Origin: Gammaproteobacteria bacterium
GTDB taxonomy: Bacteria > Pseudomonadota > Gammaproteobacteria > JABABF01
Reading direction: 5' to 3'
DNA length: 64,000 nucleotides
Assembly: GCA_965237805.1 (NCBI GenBank)
Contig: OZ250153.1
Span: 1,469,043 to 1,533,042 of the forward strand
In this document: positions 40,936 to 52,118 of the stretch, piece after piece
How positions within the stretch are numbered: the first letter of the stretch is position 1
Layout of the letters: every line of letters begins with the position of its first letter
Made by a program: the position numbers and the translations under genes
Notes under the pieces: generated by a model
Databases searched by the model: none
What the model was told of the DNA's origin: nothing
Seen by the model: the letters and a program-made list of their open reading frames with translations, nothing else

Positions 40936-42855
40936 ATGAAAGATTTAGACGCGGGTGCCAATATCAAGGCGCTGATTCAACAGGGTCGGGAGAAGGGTTT
41001 TCTCACCTATGCTGATGTCAATGACCACCTGCCCGGCGAGATCACCGACCCGACCCGCATTGAGGAGATTATCCAGATCCTCTCCGATGTCGGCTTGCAG
41101 GTCTTCGAGGAGGTGCCGGACGAGACCGATTTGCTGCTGAGCAATGCTAGCGCGATTGACAGCGACGATGAGGCGGCGGTCGCCGCGCTGATGGCGGATG
41201 ACGATGTCGGCGGCTCGCGCGATCCGGTGCGCATGTACATGCGCGAAATGGGGTTGGTTGATCTCTTGGATCGTAGCGGTGAGCGTGCCATCGCACGCCG
41301 CATCGAGAGCGGCATGGCCGAGACACTGGCGGCCTTGGCGCTGTTCCCGGGAGTTGTGGAGACGGTCTTGCAACGTGTCGCCGCAGCCAAGGGTGATGGA
41401 CGTCGCCTGACGATGACGGTGGTCGGGCATTTGGATCCCAAGATTCAAGACCAAGCCATCAACTTGGAGCGTAGGGCTGTCGAAAACAGGGAGGCCGAGG
41501 GCGAGGAGCCCAGTCGCGAGGAGATTGCGCGCGCCCACTTGGACGACATCATCGTACGCTGTAAGCGGTTGCACAAGTGCCACAAGCAGACCCGCGCCGT
41601 GCTCTGTGCTCACGGGCGAGACAGCGCTGAGGGGAAGGAGGCCATAGAGCAGCTGAGCGCGAATTTTCGCTATCTGAAGTTGGCACCGCGTCTGTTTGAG
41701 GAGTTGATCGCCGATGTGCGCCAGCGCGCCAAGGTGATCCAAGAACGCGAGCGGCGTATCATCAAGCTATGTGTGTCGCAGGCGGGCATGCCGCGGAAGG
41801 AATTCCAGCGTCGCTTTGCCGGGCGCGAGGCAGATATCCGCTGGACCGGCTATCTGGTGCAGATCAAGGCACCTTGGGTGAAGCGGGTGCGCACCCACCG
41901 CGATGAGATCCGCCAGAATCAGTCTCGCATCGCCGAAGCGGTGGCCGAGATGTGCCTGCCGGTACCGAGTGGAGAGGATGCGGACAAATGGTGGGAGGCG
42001 GTGGCACCTTTCCGTGCCGGGCTGTCGGTGGCAGAGATCAAGAACGTCGGTCGCCGCATCATGCTCGGCGAATCTCGTATGCACAAAGCCAAGAAGGAAA
42101 TGATCAAGGCCAATTTGCGGTTGGTGATCTCGATCGCTAAAAAGTACACCAATCGCGGGCTTCAGTTTTTGGATCTGATTCAAGAGGGCAATATCGGTTT
42201 GATGAAGGCGGTAGATAAATTTGAATACCGTCGCGGTTTCAAGTTTTCCACCTATGCCACTTGGTGGATCCGCCAAGCCATCACCCGTTGTATCGCCGAC
42301 CAAGCGCGCACCATCCGCATCCCGGTACACATGATCGAGACGATTAACAAATTGAATCGGAAGACGCGCCAGATTGAGCAAGAAATCGGTCGCGAGCCGA
42401 CGGCGGCGGAATTGGGTGAGGCCTTGGACATGCCCGAGGACAAGGTGCGCAAAGTGATGCGCATCGCCAAAGACCCGCTCTCCTTGGAGACGCCGATCGG
42501 CGACGATGAAGATTCACATTTGATCGATTTCATCCCCGAGACCTCCGAGATCTCTCCCTTGCAACAGACCAGTGGCGGCGATCTGAGCGATCGGGTCAAG
42601 GAGGCCTTGTCCTGCCTCAGCGCCCGTGAAGTCAAGGTGCTGTGCATGCGTTTTGGCATCGACATGCCAGTGGACTACACACTGGAGGAAGTGGGCAAGC
42701 AGTTTGATGTTACCCGCGAGCGCATCCGCCAGATTGAAGCCAAAGCCCTGCGCAAGCTGCGCCATCCCAGTCGGCAACGCCTGCTGGCGGGCTATCTCGA
42801 TGAAGAGTTCGATGCTCAGCCGTCGGGGCGGGGCGAATCTCGCCGGGGCCCGTAG
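40936..42855 (+). CDS. rpoD: RNA polymerase sigma-70 factor
   Basis: [33 protein letters not shown]... with region 1.1, acidic spacer and regions 2-4 ([22 protein letters not shown]...). The C-terminus extends ~15 codons past the usual ...YLDEE end into the tRNA gene. Confidence 0.9.
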   Translation: MKDLDAGANIKALIQQGREKGFLTYADVNDHLPGEITDPTRIEEIIQILSDVGLQVFEEVPDETDLLLSNASAIDSDDEAAVAALMADDDVGGSRDPVRMYMREMGLVDLLDRSGERAIARRIESGMAETLAALALFPGVVETVLQRVAAAKGDGRRLTMTVVGHLDPKIQDQAINLERRAVENREAEGEEPSREEIARAHLDDIIVRCKRLHKCHKQTRAVLCAHGRDSAEGKEAIEQLSANFRYLKLAPRLFEELIADVRQRAKVIQERERRIIKLCVSQAGMPRKEFQRRFAGREADIRWTGYLVQIKAPWVKRVRTHRDEIRQNQSRIAEAVAEMCLPVPSGEDADKWWEAVAPFRAGLSVAEIKNVGRRIMLGESRMHKAKKEMIKANLRLVISIAKKYTNRGLQFLDLIQEGNIGLMKAVDKFEYRRGFKFSTYATWWIRQAITRCIADQARTIRIPVHMIETINKLNRKTRQIEQEIGREPTAAELGEALDMPEDKVRKVMRIAKDPLSLETPIGDDEDSHLIDFIPETSEISPLQQTSGGDLSDRVKEALSCLSAREVKVLCMRFGIDMPVDYTLEEVGKQFDVTRERIRQIEAKALRKLRHPSRQRLLAGYLDEEFDAQPSGRGESRRGP

Positions 42856-42922
42856 CTCAGTTGGTTAGAGCATCCGACTCATAATCGGCAGGTCCCCTGT
42901 TCAAGTCAGGGCGGGCCCACCA
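42846..42922 (+). tRNA. tRNA with CAU anticodon, most like tRNA-Ile2 (lysidine; ileX-like), alternatively elongator tRNA-Met; CCA encoded
   Basis: Manual fold: acceptor GGGCCCG/CGGGCCC, anticodon loop CTCATAA. T-loop TTCAAGTC and anticodon-stem GACTCATAATCG resemble E. coli ileX more than metT. It overlaps the rpoD stop codon by 10 nt. Confidence 0.65.
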
Positions 42923-43010
42923 CTTCAACCCCATCGCAGCATCAGCTTTGTAGCCTGCTCAGAAAAGATTGCCAGAGTGTTGCTCAAGCAGCTCGATCAC
43001 CTAGCCGAAT

Positions 43011-43560
43011 CATGACGATGAAATATTTCCTTGTCGCAGTGATCGCGCTTGTGTCGATATTTGGGTTGGCGCAAGTCGTGTTGTGACAAGAGGCTGTCTG
43101 GCTAGCCAAAACCCATGACCGCAATATTGATGTGTACGGACATCATATTTTCTATCGTGAGACCGGTGACCCCGCCGATCTAACAATTCTTTTTTGCCTG
43201 GTTAGCTTGCTTCATCACATGTGTATCGCGAGCTGAGCCCGCTGCTTTCTGGTCGTTACCATATTGTTGTGCCCGCTAAGCTCGGATCCGGCTATAGCGA
43301 CAAACCGGATCCGGATGAGCAGCCTGATTCATTTGAGCTGCTGGCCTATCCGCAATGGCAAGCCTATTGACGAGAATACAAGCCGCCGACATGATTGGTT
43401 TGTGGGAAACACGATCCGGCGTTTATCTCAGCCGGTGTACAAGCCTATTTGCGCGATGTTCCAAATGCAGAGCTGCAGCTGCTTGATGCCCGGCATTTTG
43501 TGATGGAAGACAAACCGGTAGCAATTGCCAAACACATTATAAAATTCTGGGCAAGAGATT
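43011..43560 (+). pseudogene. Decayed alpha/beta-hydrolase (haloalkane-dehalogenase/epoxide-hydrolase-like) gene in a low-GC (~47%) tRNA-adjacent remnant
   Basis: A signal/TM peptide (MTMKYFLVAVIALVSIFGLAQVVL) is followed by an in-frame TGA. Hydrolase motifs then appear in three different frames: IDVYGHHIFYRETGDP..LTILF; YHIVVPAKLGSGYSDKPDPDE; LVCGKHDPAF...ARHFVMEDKPVAIAKHIIKFW. The nucleophile/cap region (~170 aa) is missing. Confidence 0.5.
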
Positions 43561-43590
43561 CAGGGTGTGGTGCCTCGGTCGGCACTCGGC

Positions 43591-44754
43591 TCAGCGCGCC
43601 GCGCTGGAGGCATCGTTGCGCAGGCTCTGGCGCAAGCTGCGCAGGCGCGCCAAATTGTCGCGCCGCTCTGGTGCTGAAGGTGCGCTGGGTTCCGGCTCGG
43701 ACGGCAGAGTATCGGCATGTGGGGTGGTACAGCGTCGTGCCACTTCGGCGAGCGAGGGCAGATAGCTGCTCTGCAATGCGGCGGCGCGTGCGGCCGCCAG
43801 TAGCGCCTTTGCCGGCACCGCGGCCAGCGCGGTGCGCCACATTTGCTTGACTTCCCGCAGTGCCTCAAGGGTGGGCCATGCTTTGCGAAACTGCTGCGGA
43901 AAGAGTCGGGCGAACAGGTGGAAGACTCGATCCACCGCATCGTCACTATCGCCCTCAGCGGCGGCTTTGGAGTCGGTAGCAGCCAGCTGGCGTTGCCACA
44001 GCCCGATGAGCTGACGGCGCAGTTGGTTGAGGCGTTTCCCGGGGAGCTTGTGCTCCTCAGCGGCGCTCAGTGCGGTACCGTGCTCCAGTGTGAAGTCGGT
44101 CGGTATATCTTTCTGGCGGTGCAGCTCGAGGGCGAGCTCCTGGATTTGCGCCGTTGCGCTCGGTGCCGCTTGCGCCCGTGTATCCCGTGCCTCAGCTGTG
44201 GGTGGCACCAGTGACAGCCGCAGGGGAGCCGCCGGTGCCGGGTCGTGGTCGCCCCACAGCACGCCGAGCTGGCACAGACGTTCGAGTAGTTGGCGCAGCT
44301 GTGGCCGATCCCACCAGCTGAAGCGTGCGCCGAGGGCTTCCCAAGTGCTTTCTACCATGCTCTCAGCGGCGGTCTGCGCCAGCAGATCCAAGCCGCTGAG
44401 CAAGCAGGCCTCGGCGGCACCGAGCATGGAGACCAGCGTGGGGGATACCGCCAAGGGTGGTGCGCCGTCACCGTCGCCGGGCCATGTCGCCAGCCTCAGC
44501 TGCAACCGCTGTGCCTGGCGCTCGACGATGTGCAATAGGCCTTGGTCGCGCAGGGAGTCGAGCTGTTTGAGTGCCCAATCCGGTGTCGGTCCGGGCAGGG
44601 CTACCCGCAGCTGTGTTGTGGGCAGCGTCAATTCCCCGTCGACGTCGGCCCACTGCCACAGGCGCGCCAGCACGAGCGCCTCGTCGACACCGCATCGCGC
44701 CGCCAGCGAAGGCGACAGCGACAGCGGGTGTTCGGCGATCAATGCGTGTGGCAT
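43591..44754 (-). CDS. Hypothetical protein (388 aa), possible tandem winged-helix N-terminus; function unknown
   Basis: Long ORF with host-like GC. The start was chosen at MPHALIAEHPL to avoid overlap with the divergent oxoprolinase gene. No confident family assignment. Confidence 0.4.
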   Translation of the reverse strand: MPHALIAEHPLSLSPSLAARCGVDEALVLARLWQWADVDGELTLPTTQLRVALPGPTPDWALKQLDSLRDQGLLHIVERQAQRLQLRLATWPGDGDGAPPLAVSPTLVSMLGAAEACLLSGLDLLAQTAAESMVESTWEALGARFSWWDRPQLRQLLERLCQLGVLWGDHDPAPAAPLRLSLVPPTAEARDTRAQAAPSATAQIQELALELHRQKDIPTDFTLEHGTALSAAEEHKLPGKRLNQLRRQLIGLWQRQLAATDSKAAAEGDSDDAVDRVFHLFARLFPQQFRKAWPTLEALREVKQMWRTALAAVPAKALLAAARAAALQSSYLPSLAEVARRCTTPHADTLPSEPEPSAPSAPERRDNLARLRSLRQSLRNDASSAAR

Positions 44755-44823
44755 GCTTTCTATTGTGGCATGTCCATCTTCGCGGTCGCTACTGTATGCT
44801 GCTGAGTCTAGAATAGCCGCGCT

Positions 44824-47800
44824 ATGCTGACCACTGCGCTTACCGTATCCAAAGCGTGGAGTTTTTGGATCGACCGCGGGGGCACTTTCACGGATGTGGT
44901 GGCGCGTGCCCCCGATGGCCGTCTGCACGTGCGCAAGCTGCTGTCGGACAATCCGACCCAATACGATGATGCGGTGCTTGAGTCGCTGCACGAGCTGCTG
45001 GGGGTGGCGCGGGGACAGCCCCTGCCAGCGGCGCGCTTGGCAGCGCTACGCTTTGGCACTACCGTCGCCATCAATGCCCTGTTGCAACGCAGCGGGGAGC
45101 CGCCAGCGCTGCTGATCACGCGCGGCTTTGGCGATGCCTTGGCGATCGGCTACCAAGATCGCCCGCGGCTATTCGATTTGGCCATCGAGCAAGCGCCGCC
45201 GCTCTACGCCCGCGTCGAGGAGCTGCGCGAGCGCATCGCCGCCGACGGCAGCATACTCGAGCCGCTGGACGAGGCGCAGTTGCACCGGCAGCTGGCCTCA
45301 CTGCGGGCAGCTGGCATCCGCTCGCTGGCCATCGTTTTGCTACACAGCTGCACCCAGCCAGCGCACGAGCGGCGCGCAGCGCAGCTGGCGACCGAATATG
45401 GCTTTGAGCATGTGATCCAGAGTCATGTCGTGATGGCGTTGGCCAAGCTGGTGCCGCGCGGTGATACGGCTGTCGCAGATGCCTATCTGCAACCGGTGTT
45501 GGATCGCTATCTCGGCCGCCTTGGCGCTGCTTTTGACGGCGAGCTAGCTCCCGGCAAGCTGTTGTGTATGCGCTCGGATGGCAGCTTGGTCGACTGGCAC
45601 GGTTTGTCTGGCAGCAATGCCGTGCTGTCGGGACCGGCGGCGGGAGTACTGGCCACCCAAGCGGTGGCGCATCGCTCCGGTCGCGAGCGCTGTGTCGGCT
45701 TTGATATGGGAGGCACTTCCACCGATGTCTCGATCTGCGATGGCCGCTTCGAGCGCGAGCTGGAGACGGTGGTGGCCGGTGTGCGCCTGTGCACGCCGAT
45801 GCTGCCAGTGCATACGGTGGCGGCGGGTGGCAGCTCACTACTGCGCCGTCGCGATGGGCGTCTACAGGTCGGCCCCGACAGCGCCGGTGCCGACCCCGGC
45901 CCAGCCTGCTATCGCAATGGCGGCCCGCTATGCCTCAGCGATGCCAACTTGCTGTTGGGCAATGCGGTTGCCGAGCACTTTCCCGCCGTGTTTGGCCCGG
46001 CGGCCGATCACATCCCAGAGTTGGTGCTGGCGCGCGCTGGCTTCGAGCAATTGGTCAAAGACTATGGCGACGGTCAGTCGGCCGAGCAGCTGGCGGCGGA
46101 TTTTGTCGCGGTGGCAGAGGCCAAGATGGCGCGGGCTGTGCGTCGGGTCTTGCTCGACCATGGCCACGATCCCAGCGACTGGTCGCTGTGTTGTCTCGGC
46201 AGTGCCGCCGGGCAACATGCCGCCGCCGTCGCCGAATTGCTCGATATCGACGAGGTGTTGTGTCATCCGCTGGCCGGGGTGTTGTCGGCTTGGGGGATGG
46301 GCTTGGCAGAGCTGCGCGACGAGCGCGTCACCACCGTGCGCGAGGGCTTGGACGATGACTGTCTCGGCCGTTTGGCTGTCCAGGCGGCGGACATGGGGCG
46401 ACAGCTGGGGGATGCGCTGTGTCGGTGCCACAGCGCATCGCTTGCACAGCTGTCGCAGCGCTGGCTGTTGCGCTGTGCTTACCGCGGTACAGATGGCGAG
46501 ATAGAGTTGCAATGGGATGGCCGTGCCGGTGCCGAGGCACTGGTGGCAGAGTTCCAGAGCCGCCACCAGCAGCGCTTTGGCTATAGGGAAGCCGATGCCT
46601 CGGTGGTGGTCGTGCTGCTCAGTGTGCAGATGCTGTTGCCGGGCAGTGACGACTTGGCATGGGTGCAGAGCGATGCGGGGGGCGCGACCGCCGAGTCGGC
46701 ACCGCTGTTTGTCGACGGCGCATGGCGCGAGGTGTCACTGTTGCGTCGCGCCAGCTTAGCGTCCGGTTTCTCGGCCGATGGTCCCTTGCTGCTAGCTGGC
46801 GAGTTGGACATGGTGGTGGTGCGTTCCGACTGGCAGCTGCAAGTGGAAGAGAACGGCCTGTGCTGCCTGCGCCGTCACCGCCGCAGCGCCATCCGGCGGC
46901 AGCGCGGCGACCGCGATCCGGCGCTGTTGGAGATATTCAATCATCGCTTCATGGGCATCGCCGAGCAGATGGGTGCCGTGTTGCGCTCCACGGCGCGTTC
47001 GCTAAACATCCGCGAGCGGCTCGACTTTTCCTGTGCGCTATTCGATCGCGACGCCGCGCTGATCGCCAATGCCCCGCATATCCCAGTGCATCTGGGGTCG
47101 ATGGGCGGTGCCGTGCGTGCAATTGCCGAGCGTTGCGCCGAGCAGCTGATGCCGGGCAGTGCCTTCGCGCTCAACGATCCCTATTTGGGAGGCACCCACC
47201 TGCCCGATATCACTGTGGTGATGCCGGTGTACGATGGGCGGGGACGCCTGCTGTGCTTCACCGCCGCGCGTGGGCACCACGCCGATGTCGGCGGCATCGC
47301 GCCGGGTTCGATGCCAGCCGACTCGCGCGATATTGCCGAGGAGGGGGTGCGCCTGCGCGGCGAGCCCTTGCTGCTTGATGGCCACTTCGACCATGCTGGC
47401 CTGCGCCAGCGCCTGAGTGATGGACCGTGGCCAGCGCGTGACCCAGAGCAGAACTTGGCCGATTTGCGCGCCCAGCTAGCTGCCTGTCACCGCGGGGCGC
47501 AGGAGGCGCTGCGGGTATTCGACGAGTACGGGAGCGCTACGGTGTGGCGCTATATCAACTTCTTGTTCGACAGCTCGGCGGCGCAGCTGCGTCGAGCTTT
47601 GGTGCGCTTGCGTGGGGGCGCTTTCAGTGCGCCACTTGACAATGGCGCTAAGATTGCGGTGCATGTGTCGCTACATCAAGGGCGCGTGGTGATGGATTTC
47701 AGCGCCAGCTCGGCGCAGTGCGAGGACAATTTCAACGCGCCGTTGCCGGTGTGCCGTGCTGCCGCGCTCTATGTGTTGCGCACTTTGATCGGCGGCGAGT

Positions 47801-48447
47801 TGCCGCTAAACGAGGGTTGTCTGCAGCCTTTGGAACTGATCGTCCCGCCGGGCTCTGTGCTCAATCCGCAGCCGCCGGCAGCGGTGGTGGCTGGCAATGT
47901 CGAGACCAGTCAAGTGGTGGTTGACACCCTCTATGCGGCACTCGGCATCATGGCGGCCTCGCAGGGGACGATGAACAACCTGAGCTTTGGTGATGACAGC
48001 TGTCAGTACTACGAAACGCTTTGTGGCGGCACTGGTGCCGGTGCTGATTTCGATGGTGCCAGCGCTGTGCACAGCCATATGACCAACTCCCGCATCACCG
48101 ATCCAGAATTGCTCGAAGCGCTCTATCCGGTTCGGCTGGAGTGTTTTGCTAGGCGCCGCGGCTCTGGCGGTGCCGGGCACCGCATCGGCGGCGATGGCGT
48201 GATCAGAGAATTGCGCTTCCTGCGAGCCTTAACTGTTTCCGTGCTCGGTGGCCGCCGCCGGCACGCGCCCTTTGGCTTGGCCGGTGGTGCGCCGGGGGCG
48301 GCGGGGCGCAATCTGCTGTGGCGTGCGGACGGCAGCCTACATATAATTCCGTTTCGGGCACGCTTGCAGCTCGCCGTTGGTGATTTGTTGCGTGTGGAGA
48401 CCCCTGGTGGTGGCGGTTTCGGGGCTGCCAAGGAGTGCGACGGGTGA
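44824..48447 (+). CDS. 5-oxoprolinase / N-methylhydantoinase, fused HyuA-HyuB (1207 aa)
   Basis: Hydantoinase_A N-terminus ([15 protein letters not shown]...) and Hydantoinase_B C-terminal half (…[17 protein letters not shown]…) in one polypeptide. Confidence 0.8.
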   Translation: MLTTALTVSKAWSFWIDRGGTFTDVVARAPDGRLHVRKLLSDNPTQYDDAVLESLHELLGVARGQPLPAARLAALRFGTTVAINALLQRSGEPPALLITRGFGDALAIGYQDRPRLFDLAIEQAPPLYARVEELRERIAADGSILEPLDEAQLHRQLASLRAAGIRSLAIVLLHSCTQPAHERRAAQLATEYGFEHVIQSHVVMALAKLVPRGDTAVADAYLQPVLDRYLGRLGAAFDGELAPGKLLCMRSDGSLVDWHGLSGSNAVLSGPAAGVLATQAVAHRSGRERCVGFDMGGTSTDVSICDGRFERELETVVAGVRLCTPMLPVHTVAAGGSSLLRRRDGRLQVGPDSAGADPGPACYRNGGPLCLSDANLLLGNAVAEHFPAVFGPAADHIPELVLARAGFEQLVKDYGDGQSAEQLAADFVAVAEAKMARAVRRVLLDHGHDPSDWSLCCLGSAAGQHAAAVAELLDIDEVLCHPLAGVLSAWGMGLAELRDERVTTVREGLDDDCLGRLAVQAADMGRQLGDALCRCHSASLAQLSQRWLLRCAYRGTDGEIELQWDGRAGAEALVAEFQSRHQQRFGYREADASVVVVLLSVQMLLPGSDDLAWVQSDAGGATAESAPLFVDGAWREVSLLRRASLASGFSADGPLLLAGELDMVVVRSDWQLQVEENGLCCLRRHRRSAIRRQRGDRDPALLEIFNHRFMGIAEQMGAVLRSTARSLNIRERLDFSCALFDRDAALIANAPHIPVHLGSMGGAVRAIAERCAEQLMPGSAFALNDPYLGGTHLPDITVVMPVYDGRGRLLCFTAARGHHADVGGIAPGSMPADSRDIAEEGVRLRGEPLLLDGHFDHAGLRQRLSDGPWPARDPEQNLADLRAQLAACHRGAQEALRVFDEYGSATVWRYINFLFDSSAAQLRRALVRLRGGAFSAPLDNGAKIAVHVSLHQGRVVMDFSASSAQCEDNFNAPLPVCRAAALYVLRTLIGGELPLNEGCLQPLELIVPPGSVLNPQPPAAVVAGNVETSQVVVDTLYAALGIMAASQGTMNNLSFGDDSCQYYETLCGGTGAGADFDGASAVHSHMTNSRITDPELLEALYPVRLECFARRRGSGGAGHRIGGDGVIRELRFLRALTVSVLGGRRRHAPFGLAGGAPGAAGRNLLWRADGSLHIIPFRARLQLAVGDLLRVETPGGGGFGAAKECDG

Positions 48448-48488
48448 TTGCGATGTGGGTGCAGGCGGGATGACAGCAGACTGTTGCA

Positions 48489-49643
48489 GTGTTTCCTGCA
48501 GTGGGTGCGGAGGGATGCATGGGCATATCGACCACTGAGGCGGCAGCTGTCGTTGACCGCCTGCACTCGCAGCTGGCCGCTTGGCGTGATCCGCTGAGTG
48601 GGGCGCAGCCCTTGCATGGTGATGTGGTGCGCTCGCTGACATTGGTCGGCGATATCGTGCAACTCGAGCTGTGCCTGCCCTATCCGGCCGCGACATTGCG
48701 CGCCTCGCTGGAGGCCGAGTTGAGCGAGCTGTTGCGCACCGCCGCATCGCTACCCGAGCTGAAAGTGCAGATCGGCATCGACTGGGCGGTGGTACCGATC
48801 AAGCCACCGACCGGAGCACGCGGCCTGCCGGGAGTGCGCAACCTGTTGGCGGTGGCCTCTGCCAAGGGCGGTGTTGGCAAATCGACACTGGCGCTGAATT
48901 TGGCTTTGGCGCTGTTGGCCGAAGGGGCTTCGGTCGGCCTCTTGGATGCCGATATCTACGGTCCCAGTCAGCAGCGGATGCTGGGGGTCGGTGCCGAGGA
49001 CATGCCGCCGCCGCCATCTGAGCAGAGCTTGCCGCCGATCGAGGTGTATGGCCTGCAGACCATGTCGATGGGCTACTTGCTCGCGGCCTCTCGTCCGGTG
49101 GTGTGGCGCGGCCCGATGGTCAGCGGTGCGCTCCAGCAGCTGCTGGAGCGCACCCGTTGGCAGGATCTCGATTATCTGATCGTCGATATGCCGCCGGGCA
49201 CTGGCGATATCCAGTTGACTTTGGCACAACGGGCACCAGTGGTCGGTGTGATGATTGTCACCACGCCGCAGGAAGTGGCGGTACAGGATGCGCGCCGCAG
49301 CATTGAGGCTTTTGGCAAGATCGGCGTACCGGTGCTCGGTGTTGTGGAAAATATGGCCTACTATGTCTGCGCGGGTTGCGGGCGGCGCGAATTCCCATTC
49401 GGTCAAGGCGGCGGTGTGCGCCTCGCCGCTGACTACCAGTTGCCCCTGCTCGGCTCGCTGCCCTTGGAGCCGCGCATCGGTGTCGGCGGCGATGGCGGCC
49501 AACCGTTGCTACAGTTAGATCCCGATGGTGATTGGGCGGGTGAGTTGCGCGTTGCCGCCCGCCGCTTGGCGGCGCTGGCATCGACCGGGAAGAGAGCGCC
49601 AGAATATTTGGCCCGTTCAGCACAATTGGGAGTGCCAGCATGA
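48489..49643 (+). CDS. apbC: Fe-S cluster carrier ATPase ApbC/Mrp
   Basis: N-terminal DUF59-like domain and deviant Walker A ([12 protein letters not shown]). The CxxC (YVCAGCG) is conserved. The start is possibly ATG 48519. Confidence 0.8.
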   Translation: MFPAVGAEGCMGISTTEAAAVVDRLHSQLAAWRDPLSGAQPLHGDVVRSLTLVGDIVQLELCLPYPAATLRASLEAELSELLRTAASLPELKVQIGIDWAVVPIKPPTGARGLPGVRNLLAVASAKGGVGKSTLALNLALALLAEGASVGLLDADIYGPSQQRMLGVGAEDMPPPPSEQSLPPIEVYGLQTMSMGYLLAASRPVVWRGPMVSGALQQLLERTRWQDLDYLIVDMPPGTGDIQLTLAQRAPVVGVMIVTTPQEVAVQDARRSIEAFGKIGVPVLGVVENMAYYVCAGCGRREFPFGQGGGVRLAADYQLPLLGSLPLEPRIGVGGDGGQPLLQLDPDGDWAGELRVAARRLAALASTGKRAPEYLARSAQLGVPA

Positions 49644-50206
49644 GTATCAAACCAGATCGGTGGATTCGCGAGCGGGCGGCGGCCGGCATGATCGAGCCTT
49701 TCGAAGCTCGACAAGTGCGGCACAGCCCTGCTGGCACTCCGGTGGTGTCCTACGGCACTTCCAGCTATGGTTACGATGTGCGTTGTGCCGCTGAATTTCG
49801 CATCTTCACCAACCTGCATTCCTCGGTGGTGGATCCAAAAAACTTTGATGAACGGGGCTTTGTCGAGGTCAATGACACTGTTTGCACCATCCCGCCCAAT
49901 GCCTTTGCCTTGGCCCGCACCATCGAGTATTTCCGCATGCCGGATCGGGTGCTGGCGCTGTGTGTGGGCAAGTCCACCTACGCCCGCTGTGGCATTATCG
50001 TCAGCGTGACACCGCTGGAGCCCGGCTGGGAAGGCCATGTGACGCTGGAATTTTCCAACACCACCAACCTGCCAGCGCGCATCTACGCCGACGAGGGTGT
50101 GGCGCAGGTTTTGTTCTTTGAGTCAGATGAGCCCTGTGACAGCAACTACCGCGAGCGGGGTGGCCGCTACCAAGGGCAGACGGGCGTCACTTTGCCGCGA
50201 CCATAA
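49640..50206 (+). CDS. dcd: dCTP deaminase
   Basis: Near full-length identity pattern with Pseudomonas-type Dcd ([11 protein letters not shown]...SSYGYDVRC...[19 protein letters not shown]...). ATGA overlap with apbC. Confidence 0.9.
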   Translation: MSIKPDRWIRERAAAGMIEPFEARQVRHSPAGTPVVSYGTSSYGYDVRCAAEFRIFTNLHSSVVDPKNFDERGFVEVNDTVCTIPPNAFALARTIEYFRMPDRVLALCVGKSTYARCGIIVSVTPLEPGWEGHVTLEFSNTTNLPARIYADEGVAQVLFFESDEPCDSNYRERGGRYQGQTGVTLPRP

Positions 50207-51167
50207 GCTCCAACCGGGAGATCGAGCGCGGCAGTCTACAGGCCGTCATCGGGTGCTCGTGCGCAAATTTGAGAATCGTATCGTGTCGTGATGGCCGCTT
50301 TTGTATGAGCCAGACCACTTGGTAGTCTAAGTCCTCTGCCAGCCACATGCGCTCGCTACGGTTGCGCTCGGTATCGAGACTGAACAGCTCGACGGTGCGC
50401 AGGCGGCCCGCTGTGGTATGGATTGATCCTCTCACTTCGCTCACCATGCTGATCGCCCGTCGGCGGAATTTCCCTTTGTAGAGTATTTCGTACTCGCTGG
50501 GCTTGATATAGCCACTGCCGTTGCGCAATGCCAATTGCACCTGAACTAGCAGGCTGGCATTATCGAGTACCCCCGGATGCAGTGCTACTTCCACGGTGCT
50601 GAGCGGGCGATAGAATTTCGATCGATAGCGTACTTGAGCCGTGCCCGCTTCCCAATCGTAGTTGTGGAATTGCATCTTGATGCCGTTGATGAATTGTTGG
50701 TAATGTAGCGGGTAGACCTGTTGGTCGCGCAGCTCGAAGATGCTGTATTCTCTGGCGCTGATGCTGCTCGCACTGATAGAGCGCCCGATCAAATAGCGGT
50801 TCGGCGCTGCCAATTTTCGCAAGCTGGTCCAGCCCACTGAGGACAGCACTCCTCTGCGTGTGTCGTAGCTGGTGCAGTATGGGTCCAGTGGGGAGTTCAG
50901 ATCCTGTGGCTGGATCAACGCATCGTCTGCTGCCGTCGCCGACAGTGTGTCATCCTCCGACAGCTGATCGGTGCTGTCGCTTTGCAGCGGTGCATCGGTT
51001 GGCTCGGTTGGGGGTGGCATGGCTGGCTTGCCAGCTGGCTCGGCACCAGTGGCGGTGGTGATCAGCAACGCCAGCCCCAAGGCAGCAACGCTACCCGGGC
51101 ACAGCTGCCACTGTTGTGGCGTTGGTCTGAGACGACCGTACAGAGGACAGGGGCGGAAATTTTGCAT
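50187..51167 (-). CDS. Secreted hypothetical protein, DUF3108-like
   Basis: Signal peptide, a Pro/Asp/Thr-rich linker, then a beta-rich domain. The assignment to DUF3108 is tentative. Confidence 0.3.
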   Translation of the reverse strand: MQNFRPCPLYGRLRPTPQQWQLCPGSVAALGLALLITTATGAEPAGKPAMPPPTEPTDAPLQSDSTDQLSEDDTLSATAADDALIQPQDLNSPLDPYCTSYDTRRGVLSSVGWTSLRKLAAPNRYLIGRSISASSISAREYSIFELRDQQVYPLHYQQFINGIKMQFHNYDWEAGTAQVRYRSKFYRPLSTVEVALHPGVLDNASLLVQVQLALRNGSGYIKPSEYEILYKGKFRRRAISMVSEVRGSIHTTAGRLRTVELFSLDTERNRSERMWLAEDLDYQVVWLIQKRPSRHDTILKFAHEHPMTACRLPRSISRLELMVAAK

Positions 51168-51400
51168 GGTATTTTGCTGGCGTAGCAAGCGCCATGGAAA
51201 CCATGACCCAGAGTAGGGGCAAGCATGCCCCTCGCTACCGATGCACACCCTGCGAGGATCTCCCCCCGACACTCACGCAGACAGCGCAGGCTGCCAATTA
51301 TTATCGTCTATATTACTATAACCAGCGTACAGGGCGCAGAGTTGCTGTTGCTTGCTGATGGCGCTTTTAGGACAGGGGTGGTGATGGCCGAGAGCGCGAG

Positions 51401-52066
51401 ATGAGTGCTTGGCGGGTGTTGCGTCTCTACGCCTTGCTGTGGTTTGCCCCGCGCCATGTCACACGCGATTTTCCCAGCGGCGGCAGTCTCTCCCTGTGGC
51501 TGGGGCCACCATTTTTGGGGCTGTTGTTTAGCGGATTGGCGATGGAGCTGCACTCGTTGTTGGCGCAGTTGCTCCCGCTGCTCTACAGCCAATTGTTCGA
51601 GCTGCTGCCGTCGCTGCGCCACCACGGCATCGTATCGTCCGCGCGCGAACCTGCCAACACGCTGCTGCTGATGTGGTTGGAGTTCATCGTCACTTTTCAC
51701 TTGTTCGCCTTTTGCTATGCTCGCCTAGCGCACTTGGCCGATGGCCGCATCGATGGTATCGATTGCCAGCGAGCGGTGTTGTGGGCTCTGTGGTTGCTGG
51801 TGCCACCGATATTGCTGGGTGGCGGCACGGTCTATTTCGCCATGCTGGCACCGTTGGCGCAGGGTCTGGCTCCGGGAGCCTCGGTGACGACTTTGCTCTT
51901 GTTACTCTTGTCACTGGCTGGCCTGTTGTGGGGTAGCCTAGTCGGTTGCTTGTTATTGGCTGAGCGTAGCGGTCTGCACTTTGCTAGGGCTGCCGTGTTC
52001 ATGTTGATCAGCTCTGTGGTAGTGGCTGTGTTACTGTGGCCGTTGCGCTTCTGGCACTGGTCATAG
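51401..52066 (+). CDS. Hypothetical polytopic membrane protein (Yip1-like?)
   Basis: 221 aa with ~5 hydrophobic helices. No specific motif was recognised. Confidence 0.3.
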   Translation: MSAWRVLRLYALLWFAPRHVTRDFPSGGSLSLWLGPPFLGLLFSGLAMELHSLLAQLLPLLYSQLFELLPSLRHHGIVSSAREPANTLLLMWLEFIVTFHLFAFCYARLAHLADGRIDGIDCQRAVLWALWLLVPPILLGGGTVYFAMLAPLAQGLAPGASVTTLLLLLLSLAGLLWGSLVGCLLLAERSGLHFARAAVFMLISSVVVAVLLWPLRFWHWS

Positions 52067-52118
52067 TGGCGGGTATTCCCGCCATCTGGGCATCTCGACC
52101 ATAGCGGAGGATAGAGCG

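Noticed and set aside
40534-42855. 773-aa ORF as rpoD
   Set aside because: The N-terminal 134 codons overlap dtd out of frame and have no sigma-70 similarity. The real rpoD start is ATG 40936 ([13 protein letters not shown]...).
43011-43085. 24-aa hydrophobic peptide (MTMKYFLVAVIALVSIFGLAQVVL) as a type-I toxin
   Set aside because: It is in-frame with the downstream hydrolase fragment across a TGA. It is more simply the signal/anchor peptide of the decayed hydrolase gene.
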